64,000 bases of DNA, from assembly GCA_951406725.2 (NCBI GenBank), contig OX597832.1, positions 20,956,001 to 21,020,000 on the forward strand. Reading direction: 5' to 3'. Each line of letters begins with the position of its first letter. Positions within the stretch are counted from its first letter, which is position 1. The notes beneath the pieces were generated by a model. It worked only from the letters and a program-made list of their open reading frames with translations, was not told where the DNA came from and ran no database searches. The translations under genes were made by a program, and so were the position numbers. Below, in pieces: positions 58,294-64,000 of the stretch. Origin of the DNA: Octopus vulgaris. Lineage: Eukaryota.

Positions 58294-59104
58294 CATATAT
58301 ACATGTGTGTGTTAGTGTGTAACACACGCCAGCCGCACGCGTCTAGCAGCCATCCAGAACCAGCGAATAAATCTCTCGTTTGTTGTTGTTACTCTTCTCT
58401 TTCAGTTGTTCAATTATAGTTGATTTGTTCAACTTGTAACAAAATTTATTTCATTGTCCACACATTTAACCTCGCAACCCCTATTTTTACAACATTTCAA
58501 GCAAATTTTCTCATCTTTCATATTTATTTTTTTTTTTAATTTCTTTTTTCCGTTTTTCAGTCCCTTATCTCTTATTTTTATTTCTCACTCATCGTCTTTT
58601 ACGTTTTTTCTAACTTTCATTCATTCTTTCTTTCTTTCTTTCCTTCGTTCTTTCTTTCTTTCTTTCTTTCTTCCGTATTAGCTTGATTCCTGTTTTTATT
58701 TATTTTTCTGTGAGTTTGCGTGGGTTTTTTTTCTTTCTTTTTTACTCTCTAGTCGTTTGTTTTTTTGTTTTTTTTTTTTGTTTTATTTCTTTCACTCATT
58801 CTTTTATTCGAGGTTCACAGACATAGAGAGAAACAGACGGACAGACAGACAGACAGGCTGATTGATAGATACAGAGAAACAGAGAGAGACATAGTTACAG
58901 GCAGATCAACAGACAGAAAGGTAGATAGAAAGGAGGAGATAGGAGGACATATAGGGACTGATCGAGAGATAAATAGGGACGGAGTTAGAGGGAAAGACAA
59001 AGAAAGATAGGCAGATCGTTTTTAGTCTATTAATATTGGGATATACCAAAGTACTGTATATCAAGAATGCGGTGTTGTGATTGGCTGATATTCTCATGTC
59101 TAAC

Positions 59105-59115
59105 TCCCTATCTAC

Positions 59116-59198
<83 letters not shown>

Positions 59199-59336
59199 CC
59201 TCACTATCTGTCTATCTGTCTGTCTATCTAATATCTACCTATCTATCTATCTGTCTGTATATATATTTATCTATCAATCTATTTATCTATCTGTCTGTCT
59301 ATCTATCATCTACCTATCTGCTTATCTATCTGACTG

Positions 59337-59425
<89 letters not shown>

Positions 59426-59540
59426 TTATCTATCTATCTATGTGTCTGTCTATCTATCTATTTACCTATCAGTCTATCTGTCTAGCTAGTTATCTATCTA
59501 TCTGTCTGCCTATCTATCTATCTATATGTATCTATCTATG
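59105..59540. repeat. (TCTA)n/(TCTG)n microsatellite
   Basis: Directly visible. Confidence 0.95.
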
Positions 59541-60708
59541 TTAGTGGCGACCCCGGTACTCGGGCTGTGCCTCTTCATGGCCGCAGTTTAATGACTGAAG
59601 GAAGCAAACGACAAAAGATATACAGCAGTAATACCCTAAAACTTTTCTTGGCCCTTATTGCAATGTGATGCTAATGATGCATTGCCGAAAAAGAAAACTG
59701 GATCTTATATTCAAGGTAAAAAAGTGTGAATATGTAACTGTGATCAGGTCGGAATATCAGAAAAATAAGGAACTTAGAAGGATACGATTGGGCACAGCTT
59801 TTTGAGCTCTCCAGTTATGGCGCGGCGGACTGGACTGTGAGCCTGTGTTGGCGACAGCATTTTCCGGAGCTGGATGCAAACACGCACATTCAAAAATACA
59901 CACACACACATACAAACACACGCAAACCCACACACGCGTGCACGTACACGCATGCTTACATAAAATATACATAGACCGATTGAAAATTTTAGTGAGAGAG
60001 AGAGAGAGCAACTAATTTATTAATTGAACACGATTGACATAAGCCTTTCCCTTCACCTCATACTCAGAGAAAAATATGCTTACATACGTAGAGAAGGAGA
60101 GAGGGAACGAGAGAAAGAGAGAAAACGAAGCAAACATCAAAAGTCTGATGTCAAATAAGTCAGCGTTGAATCAGTGACGTCTAATCAGCTGCGCCAAAAC
60201 GGCCGTGCAAAGACGTCTCATAGCGTAACGTACTCGTCTAATAACCAAATGTAGAAAAATTGGTGATGAGTCGAAGCGATGCATTATGCTAATATCACAT
60301 TTGGTTGGACCCCGTGTGAAGAACTGGAATAGCTTAAAATCTGCAAAGACGCCGTCTTTGATGAGGAATGAAAGAAAAACCACAACAAATCAAACAGAAA
60401 TTCGATAAAATAAAGCCTCAAAGTTATCAGAACTTGTCAGAGCAAGAAGGAAATGGCTGCTTGAATAAGATACCGAACTACTTGTTCTTGGGTCTTCAGT
60501 TCAACTAGCTTGTTAGAACAGTTAAAAAGAATTTATAGAAAAAGGTCAGTAACTTCTGATCAACAATTGATGAATATTTTTAGGTCAACTAAAGTCAATC
60601 AATCAACTTTCTTTATCGCACGAATGTGTGGGTTGTAGAAATATTCAGCGGTTATTCATATTTTCATGTTATAAAAAATAAAAGGTTATCGCTACCAAGT
60701 AATATGTA

Positions 60709-60739
<31 letters not shown>

Positions 60740-60759
60740 TATATATTTTTATATACATA

Positions 60760-60855
<96 letters not shown>

Positions 60856-60954
60856 GAAAGCGAGAGAGAGATAAAGTTATATAGACGGATAGTTATATAT
60901 ACATACATATATGCATACATGCATACATACACACATACATATATGTATATGTAT

Positions 60955-61016
<62 letters not shown>

Positions 61017-61385
61017 CGGAGTAGCCACATAAATTTGAAACAAGGTGGAAAAAAATAGTGCTCGAATACCAGAGGTAGAGTAATATGCTTTATTAAAAGC
61101 ACCAGAAATATCACAAGAACTGTTACTCAGAGTTTCACGTTCTCGTTTATCGGATACGAACGAGAATCTGAAATTCTGATAGCAAGTAACTTGATCTGAG
61201 ATCGTGTGCTGAAACAAAAACAATTGCAGCGTGGAAGCTGTTTATAAGCCATTTAAAAACACACAAGAACCGTTAAATTCTCTTCGATATTCAAATTTAA
61301 CTTGTCAACAAAATATTCTCGTCACTTAGAAACTTCAACCTCTTCACTAACATAATTCCGTGATGCATCACAGAATTTCCGTGAT
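61017..61385 (-). mobile_element. Interspersed repeat (pseudo-LTR-like) with a decayed hammerhead-like motif
   Basis: Shares its end with the 40613 copy. Reverse complement of 61120-61157 reads gtat CCGATAA acg agaa cgt GAAA ctc t gag TA acag. Confidence 0.5.
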
Positions 61386-61559
61386 ATATATCTGACAGTA
61401 TTTCTTCAGATTTTCTGAGTTCAAATACCACCGAGGTCAACTTAGTTTTTCAGTTTTACTAATTCGATAGTATAGTATAGTATATAATATAGTACCAGTT
61501 AAGCAGTGAAGTCAATCTAATCGACTTAGCCCCTTCCTAAAAATTGCTATTTTTTTTCC

Positions 61560-62040
61560 TGCAACCTCATGTTCGTGTACACACTTTTCTGTTATTACGA
61601 AGCCACAAAGTCGGTTAATATCCTAATGCACTTTTTTACCTACACACGCATGAGCTTATACTTTGGTTTATGCTAGCTCACAGCATTCGCTCAATAGATG
61701 GTTAATACTCTCATCTCCTTCTCCACAGATTCTGCGTTTGCTGTCTGACTGAGTTTTGTCAATCTTTGCCTTTATCAGATTTTTCCTATCGGTTGTTCCA
61801 GAACAGCTGCAATTACCAAATTCGTTCCTCCTTTCAAGGTCCATTAGTCAGAATCAATGTTCTTTACTTCCAGCATCCTAGGTTTCTTGCATGAATTGGC
61901 CACGGAATTTCATTTCTTACTATCGGCTTGTTCTATTGCTTTGTTCTAATATTCATCCTTCTCTTCTAGAATTTCTTTGCTGTTTCAGTAACTTTGAGGA
62001 TTTTCTAGTCGCAATTTTTCTTACAGGATTGGCAAAATCC
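61560..62040 (-). mobile_element. Highly decayed R4/Dong-clade LINE fragment
   Basis: Minus-strand translation with stops and shifts: KFRGQFMQET..LIKAKIDKTQSDSKRRICGEGDESINHLLSECCELA..VGKKVH. Confidence 0.75.
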
Positions 62041-62289
62041 TCTAACAGAACTTTAAGTATTTGTTATAGTTCATTTAAGATTTGAGCTCAAAAAACGCCA
62101 AAGTTAGTTTGCTTTTTATCCTTCTGAGTCGACAAAGTCAAGCTGCAGTTAAACAATATGACCGGTGTATCCAACCGTTTCCTTTCAGCCTCCTCAAAAT
62201 TACAGGCTTACGACACTAAATAAACTTTCTATACCGAATACTGCTACAACGTCGAAACCAGTGATGACAAAATGTGATTGTACAATGTA

Positions 62290-62607
62290 TTGATGATAAT
62301 GGTAATGCTGGTGGTGGTTCTGGTGACGATGGTATTGTTGTTGATGATGATGTTGATGATGACGAGGATGATGATGATAACGACGACGACGGCGTTGTTG
62401 CTGATGATGGTGTTGGTGCTTGCCTTAAATGGTGCCGGTGTCGTTGATACTGACAGTGGTTTTGAATATGATGACGACGACGATGATGATGATGATAAAA
62501 ATGAAGGTAGTGGTGATGTTGAAGTTGGTTATGTATGATGATGACAGTGATGATGATGATGAAGACGACGACGTTGATGTTGATAATGATGAAAATGATG
62601 ATGATGT

Positions 62608-62642
<35 letters not shown>

Positions 62643-62925
62643 GCGTCTTTATTATAATGGTGGTATTGGTGATGTTGACGACGATGTCATCGGCGGCGAT
62701 AATGATGATGATGGTGATATGATGATGACGAGGAGGACGACGACGATGACCACGGTGATGAAGATGATGATATTGATAAACGAGAGCGATAAATACGACA
62801 ATGATTATAATCACGACAATCGTCAACATCATCATAATCATCATCATCATCGTCGTCGTCATTATCATCATGATCTTGATTATGATCATGATGATGATCG
62901 TGACGATGATCATGATGAGGAGTAG
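62290..62925. repeat. Degenerate (GAT/GAC/CAT)n triplet array
   Basis: Directly visible. Confidence 0.9.
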
Positions 62926-63776
62926 GAAGGTAAGGAAGACGGGAGGAGAGTATGACAAGTGCTTACGTCAACAATAATAAAATAACAAATAAAACCCGTT
63001 AGTCTCTATTGTTTCTTCCTTATTTTCTTCCTCACTTCCTCATTTACCTCGTTTTTCATTTCTTTTCCTTTTTAAAGTTCCACCATATTTTCATACATTT
63101 TTTCTCTATTTTTATGTTGTTTTTTTTTCTACGCATTATTTCTTTATGTTAAATATTTCTTCAGCTACTAAATATTTATTTATTATATTTTTATATTATT
63201 TCAATTTTTTTTTGTTTTTTTACTTTTATTCTCGTTTCGTTTCCTTTCCGACTTTCTTTCCATTTTTGTCTCTGCTCAAGTCACTTCCTTGTCTTTCATT
63301 CCTTCTATTCATTCCCTGTTTTCGCTTGAAGGTTAACATATTTACCTGAACTTCCTTCCCTTTCATTTGTTCCATCGTTTCCCTGCCGGTCAGCTTTATC
63401 TACCGTCTTCTCCATCCTTTCCACCTCATTCGTACTACCACTAATACAACCACTAATAAGCAACAACGAACAAATATAACGCCACAGCCGCCGCCGCCAA
63501 TGTCAACGCCAACGTCAGCATATTCTTTCTCGAGTGCATTAAAGAGGTCGGAAAGACGCGGAAAGATACGGAAAGTGTAAGAAGCGAAAAGAAAACGAGT
63601 AAGGAGGAAAACAAAACAAAAAAAAATACTCAGACGAAGCTAAATTGAATTTGAAGTGAAAAGAAAATTTAAGTGAAAAAGAAAGAAAGAAATTGCAAGA
63701 GCCACGTCATAGTGATAAAGAGGCTTACTGTCATAGAGACATGCGAAGAATCTATGTGTATATATATATATGTATG

Positions 63777-63807
<31 letters not shown>

Positions 63808-64000
63808 ATATGTACATATATATAAATATATATATATATAATTATATAAATACATGTATATATATGCATATATATATACATATATATATATATACATATA
63901 TATGTATATATATACATGTATATATATATATACATGTATATATATGTACATATGTATATATATACGTATATATATTTACATATATGTATGCTCTCTCTCT

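Noticed and set aside
60180-60600. Possible decayed transposase or DNA transposon end
   Set aside because: Many stops, no diagnostic motif and no matching second terminus found by eye.

Overview
AT-rich, non-coding eukaryotic DNA, densely packed with microsatellites ((TA)n, (TG)n, (TAA)n, (TAGA)n, (TACA)n, (GAT/GGT/GAA)n). The repeat families resemble those I recall from Octopus (coleoid cephalopod) genomes; this is inference, not a database result. I could not identify any host protein-coding exon, and nearly all listed ORFs are translated microsatellites. The recognisable content is mobile DNA: at least four tRNA-derived SINE families, R4/Dong-clade and RTE-clade LINE 3' fragments, a Penelope-like (GIY-YIG) fragment, Tc1/mariner relics, and pogo/Tc2-like, hAT-like and unclassified TIR elements. 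The most interesting signal is a set of minimal type I hammerhead ribozyme motifs (CUGANGA...GAAA..UH), three with intact cores and several decayed. One lies downstream of the Penelope endonuclease. One lies at the tail of an apparent tRNA-headed SINE that is interrupted by an R4/Dong LINE in its (TAA)n. A degenerate one lies in a ~296-bp retrozyme-like repeat unit with a tRNA-like Pol III promoter. There is also a 162-bp near-perfect palindrome. All analysis was by eye, so boundaries of degraded elements are approximate.
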